A stretch of 64,000 bases of DNA, taken from the NCBI GenBank assembly GCA_012295275.1, contig CM022679.1:22196001-22260000 (forward strand), given 5' to 3'. The notes beneath the pieces were generated by a model that saw only the letters and a program-made list of their open reading frames with translations, did not search any database and was not told the origin of the DNA. This document shows positions 26,625-54,259 of this stretch, piece by piece (the stretch's first letter is position 1; every line of letters starts with the position of its first letter). This DNA is from Chrysomallon squamiferum (lineage: Eukaryota > Animalia > Mollusca). A program made the position numbers and the translations under genes.

Positions 26625-28772
26625 AAACAAAATAATTTTCAGTATATATACATATGAATAAAACAAACAAGCAGCCTAAATACTTTTTGTACTAGACACC
26701 CACTATTTACTAATAATAAAATACAGTGGTATCGGTCTTTAGCAGTTCCTAACAAGAACTGCCACCTGATATATGGACATTATTTCAAGTTCTGATTGTT
26801 TTTCAGTGTCAGGATGTCTCTTAGATCAGTGGATACCTACCGAAGACAGATGAAGATAGCATTTTTTTTTTAATAATATTATTCCACAGTTAAAGCTGAC
26901 AGTGATACCGATTTGTCAAAAATAAATCATTTTAATGATGTTTGTTTATGTGATATTTCTTGCATAGTGCTTGCTGGAAGTATTGTTTCTGTGAAATGAA
27001 AATAGGACATGAACTTCGATTGCCAAACTGTGCAAATTCACCCCATCTGGTGTGATGGTTGTGGATTAAGATTGTAAATAAGTTAAAGGGACAAGCTAGG
27101 CAAAAAACCAAAATCATTATTTTTTATTTTACAGAATTGAATGGATTAGCTTCATGGCACCTCCATCCACTTTTGTTAACCCTGTGCTGCTGCTGAATTG
27201 ATTGCACTTTTTTTTTTCTCAGCCCTCATTGAATTCACTCTCTGCCATTGCAACCCCACTGTCCACTCTTAATTTCCCAGAGACTCTCCCTTTCAGACAT
27301 CAACCTAACACTAACAGATTTTCATCGCCAATGTAGACTAGCTTAACAAAGTGACCAATTTCCTTTGACAGCGATGTTCTCACATTTTCAGCTTGGTTGA
27401 CTGTTGGTAAAAGCATCCACTGAAAGGACCTATTGGACAATGATGATGATATGTTTCTTGGTCTGATTAGTGAGTGATGAAAGGAAATCTGCTTCCCTGG
27501 CCACTACATGATTTGATGATAATGTCTCATTGTGTACCTTTTGACAAGTGGCAAAAACTGTCTGCAAATTTACAGCAGGGCCTTAATGATCCATTACTTG
27601 AGGACTCGACAAATTTTTTCAGACAAGTCATCTGCACACAAAGACTGTTGTTGTCAGTAACAAATGGGTGATGATCTGGTTCTTAATCTTCAATTTCCAA
27701 AACATGTTCCAATCTTTTTTTGAAAATCATTGGGTAAGGTCCTGGTGCTTGCCAGTATGCAGAATGAAAAATTTAATGGAGGTTTCAAGAAACATGCATC
27801 GAAAATAAAACCCAGAAATAAATGCAGAATTTGACTAAGATGTTTAAATTTCAGTGGCAGGCACCTCACAAAATCATTTTTTTTTTTTTGGACATAATTA
27901 AATTTATTTTGACTTTCTTTCTTTTTTCAACTTTTTGTCATTTTTTTTTGCCTAGCATGTCCCCTTAATAAAAAATGATATTGTCTGCTATTTTGTCCTC
28001 TGATGTTTGGACACTTTTGCTTGACCACATAGATGCCTACAAGACAGGTACCGCTATATTTTTAGATATAAAAATGAAGGACTAACTCAGTAACTGCAAC
28101 TCAAGTGCAAATTTGTTGTCTCGAACTTTATTGTTAAAAATACAAAAAAAAAAAAAAAATTAAAATAAATAAATAAAACTAAAACCCCAAAAACCTAAAA
28201 AAAAAAAAAAAAAAAATACTGAAATTAAAAAATAAAATAAAAATAATATAAAATTAAAAATCAAACAAATAACAAATTACTCATTTTAAATTCTTATAAA
28301 AAAATAACACAGAATGTGTTAAATGACATGCGAAAACCCACCCACAAAAAACCAATAGAAGAACAATTAAAATTGAATAAAAAATTAAAATGCAATCAAA
28401 TTTCTTAATACATTTATAAAAAATAACCCCAAATCCCCATCAGATGGTTAACTTTTGTTTATACACTAAACAGCAAAATGATAGCAGTCTGAAAGTAACA
28501 CTAAAGTTACATTAAATTCTTTTTAAAAAACATTGTTTATAAAATGAACTTTCTTACTTCTCAAACAAGTTTCATTATTAAAGCTATCTATCCACAATGT
28601 CATATTTTTATTACAAAAAAGAAAAAAGAAAATCAAAGTATAAACATTTTGTTATTATATATAAAAACAAACACACCCTACAAAAGAAATCATGTCTAAC
28701 TATACTCTTTTCTTTTCTTTTTTTCCTACTAAAATGAATTTTACATTTTGACAGTATTTTAAGATGAAGAGT

Positions 28773-28805
<33 letters not shown>

Positions 28806-28857
28806 CTACTAATATTATATGTATTCCCATGTGGAAAGGAATGCTTGCTGCCTTGTT

Positions 28858-42196
<13,339 letters not shown>

Positions 42197-43212
42197 GGTA
42201 AATGGCTGTGGCTGTTAAAAATAATCTGAAAGATTTCAGAAATTATTATTTATTATATCTGATAATTGCAAACTGTGATTATAATTACCTAATAAAAACA
42301 ACAAACATCCCAATTTCAATGTGTTTGATACCAAAAATACTTTTGTAATTATTATTGTTTTTTTTGGTTGTGATGACACATTGTGATTATTAACAAAATG
42401 AATAAAAAAAAAGAAAAAAAAAAAAAAAAGCATCCGACTTTCATCGCTTTAGTGTGTATGACACTAAAAATATTGATTTATTAATGGTTTGGGTAATAAC
42501 TAATTATTTAATGACTCAAGGTTAACAAAAAGTTTATAAAATCAGAAAATAGTGCAAATTGTAATATGTATGACACCAAAAATATTTATTTATTATTATT
42601 TTTATGGTTTTGATCATGATAAATTGTGATTATTGTTACTTAATTAAAAAAAAAAAAACAAACAAAAAAAACACATGACTATCCTAATTTCAATGTGTAT
42701 ATAATATAATTATATATTCCGATTATGTTACGTATGTAAATACTACACTATAAAAGTTCTGGCTAATAGAACTAAAACTAATAAAGTTGACTTGCTACAG
42801 AAATGATAGAAACAAACAATGAAATATAATTTAATAACATTAAGTTGATTACCACCCGCCTAGATAAAGCTGTAGTTCGACCGATATCACAAAAAGAAAA
42901 TCAAATTGCATGGCAATATTAATATATTGATAATAATCATAACAAAACGTTTAAACTTCATATCTTTTATTGGAAAGAAATTGTAAGGTAACAATATTTG
43001 GTTAAAATATTAACATGCATAATAATAATAATAAATGCATATTTTAAAAGTGTTTTAGAATAAGAGTGCACGCGATTTCGAATTTGATTTCAGCATTGCC
43101 GACTCGATGATTCTTACTCGCATCAGTAACACTAACGTAGCTTAATGTCGATTGGAAACTGAAGTTTCAGTTGTAAATATTTAGCATGCTAATTAAATAT
43201 AAAACAGCTTAC

Positions 43213-43390
43213 GCCTGCCTATACTTGTTAAGACTTTTCAATGTTTACGAACATTTTTGTTTCAATTTGTTTGCAAGTTATCTCCTTCTTCATTAAAAAA
43301 AGCTAAGAGGGGGGCAACTCTGTAATCGCAAAGGTCTCACAGGGGTGTTTCAGTTAATATATTGTAATCTCCACACAGTATTATATACTA
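43213..43390 (-). promoter_or_regulatory. Putative non-coding first exon and promoter of the Piwi gene
   Basis: The ATG exon begins with an acceptor (exon start 42211), so an upstream exon is needed. There is a donor GTAAGC at 43212-43207, a TATA-like TATATAAT at ~43380-43387 (minus), and CpG density rises from ~42400 onward. Confidence 0.35.
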
Positions 43391-43718
43391 TATGTTATTA
43401 ATGCGAACAAATGACTGCTAAATAAATGTTAATGTTTTGTACCATCTGAAATGTGTTCGCAATAAGAGAAGGTCGAAGCACGCCCAGTCTGGGTATAATA
43501 ATGATTGTATGTTTGGTAATTATTAGAACATTGATACACTCAATCTTGGCAGGAGCTAGACCGTACTTCTGACGATGGTAATGTATTAACTTTTTCTTTC
43601 TAGAACGGGGCTGAAATCGAGTTGCGTTCTTCATAACTATATTATTGTCAAGGTCGATGTCTTAACTTCGTCTCTTTAGCTTGTATCCATTTTTGCTGCG
43701 GTGTCCTACCTCTTTATC

Positions 43719-43763
<45 letters not shown>

Positions 43764-43767
43764 TAAA

Positions 43768-43798
<31 letters not shown>

Positions 43799-43928
43799 TT
43801 TGTTGTTGATGATGATTTCTTTTTTCTTCTTAGGCTATCATCATCATCATCATCATCATCATGATTATTATTATTATTAGTAGTAGTTGTAGTAGTAGTC
43901 ACAGATGAAAACGTTTCAAACGAAAACT

Positions 43929-43967
<39 letters not shown>

Positions 43968-44307
43968 AAAAATTAGAAAACCGTCCCCAGATGGCAGATC
44001 TCATCAACAACCTTCCCCAAATCATGCAGGAACGGAAGATTTATGCTGAGTGCCTTTAAGTGTAAAACTGGCTAAGTAAAGAATTAACGATATGTATGTA
44101 AACAATTGATAAAATCACCACTTTGGAATAATTCTTTCATCTCAGTGAATGCGAGTTCGAGGCAATTACAAATCAAGTGGCTACAGCGCTAAACTTGAAG
44201 CTTTGGCGGTTTGCTTCAGTGGACCATCAGTTATTTCCCTTTATAATCAGTGCTTCGCGAATTTTGTTTTTAAAGGTTATACGATTTAAATGTTCAGATA
44301 AAATGAA

Positions 44308-44408
<101 letters not shown>

Positions 44409-44470
44409 TATTATTATTATTTTATATTATTATTATTATTATTATTTTATTATTTTTGTTGTTGTTGCTG

Positions 44471-44513
<43 letters not shown>

Positions 44514-45759
44514 ATCTACTATTACTTCTGTAACTATTACTATTACTACTTTGGGTTAATCGATAACATTAGTCAGAGGAGTTGCCTACCTCTCTTATTT
44601 CATAAAAAATAATTACCTTGGTTGATTCAAGCTGAAAGAATAGTGTTAAAAATGTGTATTAAATCCAGCCATTGTTGAACGAACAAGGTACAGAAAGGAA
44701 ATTAATATTAAAAGCAGAAACTGATTGTAGCCATTGAATAACGTTCTGACAATATCGGGTTACTGCTTTATTTGTCCATGTATCAGGAAAGAACAAAATA
44801 TAATAAAACAAATTAAAAAAAAAAAAAAAAAAACATCACCTCAATAACGTCTTCATAATTTTTGATTAGCTGCAAAAACATTTAATTTAAAGCTTCCCAC
44901 ATTAACATCATTAACCTATAATACCGTGATTATTAGGAAGACAGTTACTGCATCTCTGGCGATAGGGAATATCTTATCCACAGACCGTCTGAAGATAAAT
45001 AAATATTTGAAGGGTTTCTTTTGACCGCGGCAGTTAGCTGTCAATAAACAAATTTGTGTCACTGAGTTTTTCGTTCATCCAAAGCGATGATATTTATATT
45101 TAACTCTTTAGATTTTGAAATGATTATGGATACTTCTGTTGACAATTATTTTACACGTACACGCACGCGCACACATAGGCCCGCGCGGGACTACATTCAC
45201 ACAGTTGCGTAAGATACAGATGGAGCAAGCAGCATTTACTCCTCATGAACACATTCTTAGAAACTGGCGGCCTAGTCATCAGTATTTACGCTCTAGTTGA
45301 TTTATGCGATAACAGTGGAATCGTTTTTTTTTCTTTTAGTTTCTATTATCTTGTAATTTGTTATTAAAAGCAAATATAGACTGGGTTATCTTTTCTCTCC
45401 AGTGAAAGAGAATCGGTTACCAGTATGGATTTTAATAAAGTAACAGATATTGCTGAAATGAAGTCTATTCAAAAGAGATCCTTGTAGCTGCGTCATGCAT
45501 TTTACACATTGCTTCGTTTTGTTTTCATTTTACGTTTAAAATGAAAATAATAAAAAAAAACACCGATGTTTTTATTATGCTTTTCTTCTTCCCCACTTTT
45601 TTAAATTTGTGTTTTGATTTTAAATACAAAGTATAAAAATGTATAATGAGTTTAAAAGATATTCGGTACGTGTCATGGGGTCTTTCTTTGGTGTTCTTGT
45701 TCCCCTTAAATTTAAAACCTGGCTACACTGCTCACATACGTATACTGAGAAATCGGAAA

Positions 45760-46185
45760 TAGTGGTACCCTGACTTACGAGTGCACCAACTTACGAGTTT
45801 TCCGAGTTACGAGCAGTCGCAGAAGTAGTGGAATATAATTTCTGGCCTGATGTAATTATTACTGTGGATATACAGCCAGTTTATTTAGAATACTTTCAAA
45901 GGTATCATCTACAGCTTAACGAGACGGAAGACAAGCCAATGGAAAATGTCTGTGTAATTATTTCTGCTTGAATGCTGAATGCTGTCTGATTAAAAAAACA
46001 CTTGACGTAATTACTTTTAAATAACAATGAACAAACTCAGTATTATCGTAACTCTGAAATGGTTCTGCGTCTGTTTTGTAACTAACTCTAGGGAATTATG
46101 TTTGTTGTGTGTTGTTATTAAATAAAATTACTGTTAAACTTTATCTTAATAGATTTATCTGTAACGGGTAATCAGGTATCACGTA
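45760..46185. mobile_element. Degenerate Tc1-mariner (Tigger/pogo-like) MITE
   Basis: The left end TAGTGGTACCCTGACTTACGAG is followed by further TTACGAG subrepeats. The reverse complement of the right end, TACGTGATACCTGATTAC, aligns to it. TA at both ends. Confidence 0.55.
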
Positions 46186-46570
46186 AATCATACCTTGCTT
46201 ATGTAACAGAAAATCTGTGCTGTTATTCCTTGGAATATGTTGGTGTTTTTATTCTCGTTTGTTTTTTTTGTTATTTTAAACCAAACATTATGTTTTACAT
46301 AAGCCAGCGCCTGCTAGCAGTTCCAGTGGCTCATGGCGCCGCACTGTAGAGGGCGCTACGTCATTTGTTTGAGATCTTCCAAAAAAACTAATGCGAATTG
46401 TTAATTCAATAAATTAAATGAAATAAACCTCTCTTCCAAAAATATAAAACTTCCTTGAGTGAAGGTGCCTGGTAATAGCAAGACGTTACTTTCTTTATAA
46501 ATAAAAGATTTAATTTTTATTTATTTATTTTTTTATTTTTTTAAAAACGTTTTCTTGTAATCTTTCCATG

Positions 46571-47001
<431 letters not shown>

Positions 47002-47034
47002 TTTCCATGTAATCTTTCTAGGATTATTGGAGAG

Positions 47035-47066
<32 letters not shown>

Positions 47067-47815
47067 AAAATAAAAATAACGATATGTTAGTGCGAAAAAG
47101 TGTCCTTAGATGTCAAATTCTTTCTTTTAATTTATTATTATATTATACAAAAAGATTCATTGTGAAATTTACGTATTAAAGAATTTATGTTAAAATTTAA
47201 ATAAATTACTGCCAGTAATTTAAAAAAGAAATTTCTGATAAAGGATTCTTGTGTATATAATTTTCATAAATATATATATGTATGTATGTATATGTATAAT
47301 ATATCTAATCTTATTTTCTATTTATTTATTTATTTATTTTTAAAACATTTTATTTAAATTATTTTTTTAAAATCTCATTTAACTTTTAACACTTTAAACT
47401 TTTGTTCGCAATTTAAGATTTCAACTTCCTTATCACGTCCAGATATATCTTAAAAAAAAAAAAAAAATAAAGAAAAGAAAAGAAAAGAAAAGAAAAGAAA
47501 AATAAAAAGTCTGAAATTCTAAAATAACTTTAAATTGTCCATTTGGCGCTTCTGAAAGCATGTTAGGTAATCAATTGTAGCAGTTGAATGGAAGTTGCAG
47601 CCATTCCAATTAAATAAGGAAGAAAGTTAAGTCAACCCTTAGCTGACTGTTGATTCGTTGCATATACACTGGCAGTTTTATTTATTTACAGAACAGCATC
47701 CAGTCTAGAGTTTTTAAGAAGATTTTGTAAACAGGAATATAATTTTTTTTTTTACATCCTAAGAGAATATTTTCAGAATTAACCCTCTGCTACTTTTCGC
47801 AACGAAAGACAATAT

Positions 47816-47865
<50 letters not shown>

Positions 47866-47894
47866 AATAAATAAATAAATACTACTATTACTAT

Positions 47895-47932
<38 letters not shown>

Positions 47933-48916
47933 ATAATAATAAGAAGAAGAAGAAGAAGAAGAAGAAGTAGAAGAAGAAGAAGAATTATTAACTGATACTA
48001 TGTTGGAGGTTTTGTTGAAACGTATAATATCTTATTGTATTACAGAAATTAACACTATAGTCCGAATTACTAAATATTGTAAGGTAGATAATCAAATTTT
48101 TAGAACAAAATCTAACATTAATGTATAATAGCAAAAAGCTGTTTATAAAACGATATAAGTTTAATATAGACATTTATGTGTGCTTGTACAAGGACGCTGT
48201 GTACTGTATAAAAACACGCGTAAATCTATAAATCAGTCTATCTCGCTGTATGTCTGCCTATATCTTTATGTCTCTCTGTCTGCCTGTCTGTGTGTCTGTC
48301 TCTCTGTATATTCACTTTTTCAATCTTTTATTTTTTTAAATATATATATTTTTTATATCTATCTTATCACCTATATAATCTTGACAGGTGTTTTTCATTA
48401 TTTCTGGTTTGATGAGAAAAGCTAATTATATCTCTTTCACCTGTAATTATTTATATCCCAGCATGTGTTATTTATGTCTGCTCAGCACTTTGCTTTCTTC
48501 TTTTCTTTAACTTCCCTCACCCCCCCACGCCCCGAAAAACAACAAAACAAAAAAACAACCTCCCGCCAAAAAGAACCCAAACAAACAAACAGCCTATTAG
48601 CTTTAGTAACAATAATATATTTACTCTTTTCACTTCATTAAATACGAATGTTTATGTATATGAGTTTTCGTGTATTTGTTTGTATGGCTTTCATATTTAA
48701 GTAACCGTGTATGTGGGCATTTCTGTTTTTATAAAAAGAAGAACATAAATGCCACAAGTACTCAGAATTGTATTTTTTATAAGGCATAGTACACACAAGA
48801 TAAAACATCAATTTTTATACTTTCATTCTTCAATGAATCGACTTTTAAATGTACATATAATATAAATAAATGTTACAGATTACACAGTGCAGTAAAAACA
48901 CAATCCAGATTAACTA

Positions 48917-48986
<70 letters not shown>

Positions 48987-49059
48987 GGACTTTTAAATAT
49001 ACAAATAATATAAATCAATTTCACAGATTACACCTTGCAATAAAAACACAATCAAAATT

Positions 49060-49136
<77 letters not shown>

Positions 49137-49189
49137 ATAATAATAATTAATAAATAAAAATAAAGAGGAAACTGACACATCGGAAACAA

Positions 49190-49515
49190 AACGTTGATAA
49201 TAAATGCATGTTTAATATCATCTTAACCGACTTTAATATTACCACTTATCAGGAATCAAAATACGTTATTGGTGTAAAGACAACAAAGAAAAAGAATCCA
49301 AATGCCGTCGCTAAATAAAATTCTCTTGCCATCCAACTGCAAAATATCTTTTACATGCACCCTAGAGTGGAAAGAGCGAGCATACCATAATCCTTTGATA
49401 AACCACTTGTGGAACATTGGCTAGAACTGGAAATTAGCCATGGGGGGCACTAAGGAATACGTCTTATTCAATGGCGTCTTAAACAAACGACCTCTGAGTG
49501 AAGAAACGTTTTAAC
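49190..49515 (-). mobile_element. Degenerate copy of a dispersed SINE-like family; other copies at ~7435-7515, 8715-8830, 36660-36900, 40060-40250, 55860-56200 and 57370-57700
   Basis: Copies share a collinear core resembling GAAACCCGCTGC...TTAGCA...GATCTTTTATATGCAC...CCTTTG...CACTGGCT. The 8715 and 57370 copies are in the opposite orientation (GCGGGTTTCC, CGGATTTCCTCTC). Aligned by eye only; boundaries approximate. Confidence 0.45.
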
Positions 49516-49620
49516 TAGTGACCTTGTCTTCCACCAGTGACGTCTTTTGTCAGTGACGTCACCGACCATTGACGTCTTAGACCAATGACGTTTTGTACCA
49601 GTGATGTGTGAGACCAATGT
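49514..49620. repeat. ~16-bp minisatellite carrying TGACGT(C) cores
   Basis: ACCAGTGACGTC, TCAGTGACGTCA, ACCATTGACGTC, ACCAATGACGTT, ACCAGTGATGTG in tandem. Confidence 0.75.
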
Positions 49621-50511
49621 TCATTCAGTTCTTAAATGATAGCCCAGTATCAAAAACATAAGAGATAATATAAATAAATAAATAAATAAATACACAAGAA
49701 GGCAGCTATACTGACAGGTGCCACAGACAAAGTTACGTTAAAAAAATAATAAAATAAAATAAATATGAATAAAAAATAAAATTAGTTGTAAATAGAGCTT
49801 AATAATGTTTATTTTACAGTTTCAGTATTTTTAAGTTCTGTAATAATCTATACAAACATAATCAGGAATTATTGTTCATTTAAATGAACCTAATACCGAG
49901 TAAAAAGAGGAATGTTTTCAATGACGTCACTTCAGTACATATATATATCAATTCTAGTTACTTACGTCACATCTATATACTTATTTATCGCACAATACAG
50001 TATTACCAACAACATATAATAATATAATAATACAGATATGTAATAATAACATAAATTAGCTTGATGAAGTATTTTAAACACCTGACAACACTGAAATAAA
50101 AATACAACTTGAAAAAAACAATGTTATTTTGTAAACCGAAACATTTACAAAAATCATTGATTTTAAAATATCGAAATCAGCTTATAACTGTACTAATGGG
50201 GTGACTAATGTCAAAGTGTACAAAAGCTAGATGACCAGTATCAGGTCGGTTGTGCTCATTTCCATTGTCTGTAATAAATACTGTAGCCTGTTGTCAGTTT
50301 AGTTTAATTATTTTTATTCTTCATCCTGTTTACTTACAACATTAATTTTCGCCATTAGTTTACTTCAGCATTTAATGTTTTTCATACAATATATATATAT
50401 ATATATATATATATACGACAGTAATCTTGTCTTGAATGTTTGTTCCTCTGTTCTAATTTCTCTGCCGGTAAAGTATTAATTACTTATCTTAAAACAGTCA
50501 TGTTTGCCGTC

Positions 50512-52726
50512 TTACACTTGCACGTCGCTAATTACCCTGAAGGGGACAAACGTGGTCTTAGTCGGCGACGACGGCAGATTGGACTCGGACGTCTGACCTC
50601 GGCGAAGAGTCGTCAGTCGTTCTCGTATGAGGTTCACAACTTTCTTGGTGGCGACGAAGGAGAGAAATATGAAAAAGCCTTGCAGCGTGTTGAGAATGGC
50701 GAACAGGTACCAGAGCACGGGACGAGAAACGAGACTCGCTAGGAACCCCACAAACCACGTTAGACCCATCACAAAGAACAGCTTCATGTAGAGAAACGGC
50801 CTCGAGTTTTCGTTCGTCTGCAGATGCCTCGCCGACGATTTTCTGGCCGCGTAGATGTTTTTTGAGGCGATCGCAAAGAAACCCATGTTCATGAGAATGA
50901 TGAGGAAGAGAGGAGCAGCAAAGAACACCATCAGAGAGTTCTTGTTGGTGAACCAGCAGAGTCCCAGTCCGTAGTTGGGTTTGAAGCGCGAATCCAGAAG
51001 AACACTGTCTGCTGTTAGCGATGAAATAAGAATGATGCAAGGAGCGCCCCAAGAGTAGATGCTGTAGACCGAAAATCTCCTTGACGATTTCCCGCTGTCT
51101 CCTCCAGCTTTCACGAAGCTGTTGGAGAAAGGTGAACCAGACATCAGCGGCCATGACATTCATCCAGAAAAATGCGACAAGAAAGAAATAATGCATGAGG
51201 ATGGCGACGCTCTTGCAGAGAAAAAACACCGGCTCAGCTGATGGTGCGATAAGCATTAGCAGTTCTGCTACAAACAGTGAAACGGACAGAGACAGAAGAT
51301 TTTTTCCAGGAATGTTGTGAAGGGACTTTATACTAGCATACGTCACTATCGTTAGAACAAGAGCTACTAAAGAAATAACCAGTCCCGCGACGCTGACAAC
51401 TGCTTCAGCTACAGAAAAGTTGAAGACAATCTCCACGTCTTCCACTGTCGTAGTATTGGTGTAGTTCTGCGTGAGATTTGAGCACACAAACGCTGACGAA
51501 CCTTGAAAGAAATACTCCCATTCAGCGTAGCGCCGTCCTGTGGCTCTCTCTAATAGACTGTCGTCTTCCAAAATCCGTGAAATCATTCTCGTTAAGTTCT
51601 ATCCGAGGACAGTCCGTGTGATTCCCTGCACCAGCAACAGATCTGTTTGTGCGACAGAGACCGTTCACATAGATGAGCGGAGCATCACATACCACAGCCC
51701 TGCACCGAAGACTGAACGGATCGTACACCTCACTGTGTCGACAGGTGTGAACTTCGGTTATATTCCTCTTGACTTTTATGAATTTTATCCCAACCGTGGA
51801 CGAAGATCTCTTACTGTTCATGTCTATGAGAATAGAAAATGAATAGACCCTGGGTCTTTCAAACGCTGGCCTATGCAGGGTGTCTCGATAACCCTTATAG
51901 CAAGAAAAGTTTGTCTCAAAGTTGCACGCCGCACAGTAAGGATTCCGCCAAGCATTATTCGGCGAATAGACCAGTTCGAAAGCGTCTGAATTTTCGCACC
52001 TTTCTGAAATTCTCGAATCGTTGAAATCCAGTCTGCACGTGTCTCCGACTTTCGTGGGCAGACATGGCCTGTAATGAATCTCTTTCCTTGGTGGTAAATA
52101 TTTCAGATAACATCCAGGAGATTCCAGTGCGTCAGCAAACGTAGCGTTTTGTAGTCTAGCGTCGTCGGGTGATAACCTGAGGTTGCAGTATACGGTCGGG
52201 TTCCAGTAGTAAAATTCTGTGTTGTGACATATTGCACAGTACATGTTTCTGTACATAAATCCGGTGTTTGTTCCAGTCACCGTCAGTTGCAACAACAGAT
52301 CCGAACCCGAGCGTTTCTCACATTTTGACTTCACTTCCGAGCCCCTCCATGTCGCGGGACAACGGGTTACGACGTGCATCAGTTCTGAATGCGTCACCTC
52401 GTTGATTTTCATGCAGGTGATAAGTTCTTTGGGCACCATGCTCTGATTCGTGTCTCTCTGTTTGTCTGTCGATGATGCGTCCGTACAACAGTCTTGGAAA
52501 AACGAACACAGCGGGTCGCAAAAGCAGTTCATAGTTAGCAGATAGTTAGAAAACTGCGATGTAGAGTTCAGTGAATTTTCGTAGCTCTTACAAGACCATT
52601 TTACACCGCAAGTAAAATTTGTCACTTTTTCCAGTGCTTTTCGTCAGCGTTTAAATCACTTTCGTTTTGTCCGTTCGCTCCGGGAACAAAAACTAACAGC
52701 ACCAAAAGCCACAGTTTCGTAATCAT
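50512..52726 (-). pseudogene. SMB-like-domain, Methuselah-like/adhesion-type family-B GPCR with uninterrupted CDS (~737 aa if repaired) carrying three frameshifts; pseudogene or assembly errors
   Basis: Signal peptide MITKLWLLVLLVFVPGANG (ATG 52726), somatomedin-B-like CFCDPLCSFFQDCCTD, Cys-rich YRNMYCAICH and WRNPYCAACN repeats, 7TM with LHNIPGKNLLSL, HYFFLVAFFWMNV, YGLGLCWF, MGLTW and LQGFFIF. Frames switch at 52638-52641, 51575-51576 and 51128-51130. The repaired frame has no in-frame stops. A strong acceptor at ~52994 implies a 5'UTR intron. Confidence 0.85.
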
Positions 52727-53701
52727 TTTTTTTAAATTTCCTTTTCAAAATTATTAAAAAAAACAATCGCAAAAACTATTACCTATTCTTATCTTCATAC
52801 ATTAAGTTCAGCAGCGACTGTTTCTTTCTAATGCCAGTTGTCTCTTCGAAAATGAGTCTGTGCGGTTTCTACCGCTGGAACGTTTTGTTAATAATGTGCA
52901 TCGGACTCAGCTGGCCTGGCTTTAGAATCTCAGACAAAACGCATCACATCTCTAACATGATATGTTGTCCAGGTAATGGAATCCCGCGCTCAGCTTGAAG
53001 AAAAGGAAAAAAAAAAAGAAAAATAAGACGCTGTAAAACGTTCAGTATACAAGTCATTACTTCTAGCACCAGCGAACAATTCTAGGCACCAGATGTTTTA
53101 TAGACGAAAAAAGATATAGGTAGGAAGGTAATAAAAAAATAAAGAAAAAAAAGAAAAAGACTAAAAGAAAAGAAAAAAGGACAAAGCTAATTATGGTAAT
53201 AAAGATCACATCGAGGGCAATATTAAGTGTAACACTAGCTTATTTTATGTGCTATATGAGCATCCGCTCTGATGGTCTTTTTCTTTATGTGTTCGTGTCG
53301 TAACGTTCTGATGTTATAGATACGGCTATTTTAATGGCTTAGCTATAACCGAAGTAATTAGTCACTGGTAATGATACTTTTGATACGAGGATTAATAACG
53401 TCTGATTCGGAAACGATCCATTTTTTAATTTTTTATTTCTTTCGACTTTCTCTTTAGTCATCTTCTGAAATGTGTCTTAAAGCAGACGAAAGGACACGAA
53501 GTAATAATGTGTTGGTTTCATTTTTCTGTCTCCATTTTAAGCGATGGAGGTAAACGGAAATTAGTGCGTCGGATTTTAGAAGAAACTAAATTAAGAAATT
53601 GTCATCATCAGCACCATTAGTAACAGCAACAGTAAATACAAGTATTATTTTAAATAGTTTATATTTTCTGTACCAACTCAATCACACACACTAACATAGA
53701 G

Positions 53702-53732
<31 letters not shown>

Positions 53733-53789
53733 ATATAAAAAATATAAAATAAGATACACATACATACATAAAAAGGGATAGATAGAGAT

Positions 53790-53902
<113 letters not shown>

Positions 53903-54259
53903 AAAACATAAATATGTACAGATGCAGTATAACTAATTAATTTAGATCTATATTTATGTACTATATGAGTTTATGATTCAAGCCGAATATAAAACTAATT
54001 AATATGAATTGTATACCTGACTGCTATCTGCACTGTGAACATTCAGTTTGATAGAAACAAGAGCACGTAGCGTCTACGTACACAGGAAATCAGACTAGTG
54101 TTATAGTTACAAGTGTTTACTTCGGTTCTGGGTTTTGTCTGTGTTATATAAACTGTTTATTACACACACCGCCGCCATCTTAGCATGCTTTACCAGATTC
54201 ATTTCTTCAATTATCACGTGACCTCTTTAGTTTCTTTTTCTTTAAAAGAACTGCTGCTA

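Noticed and set aside
27340-27770. Possible Helitron or other transposase remnant (QFPL-like tetrapeptide)
   Set aside because: The match is too short and the frames are interrupted; it cannot be assigned without a search.
43398-43700. 78-aa ORF and complex sequence upstream of the Piwi promoter
   Set aside because: No recognisable homology or splice context; most likely promoter DNA.
50440-52521. Plus-strand and alternative-frame ORFs overlapping the GPCR; also 59322-59816, 15408-15626 and 33574-33954
   Set aside because: Antisense shadows of real GC-rich coding sequence.
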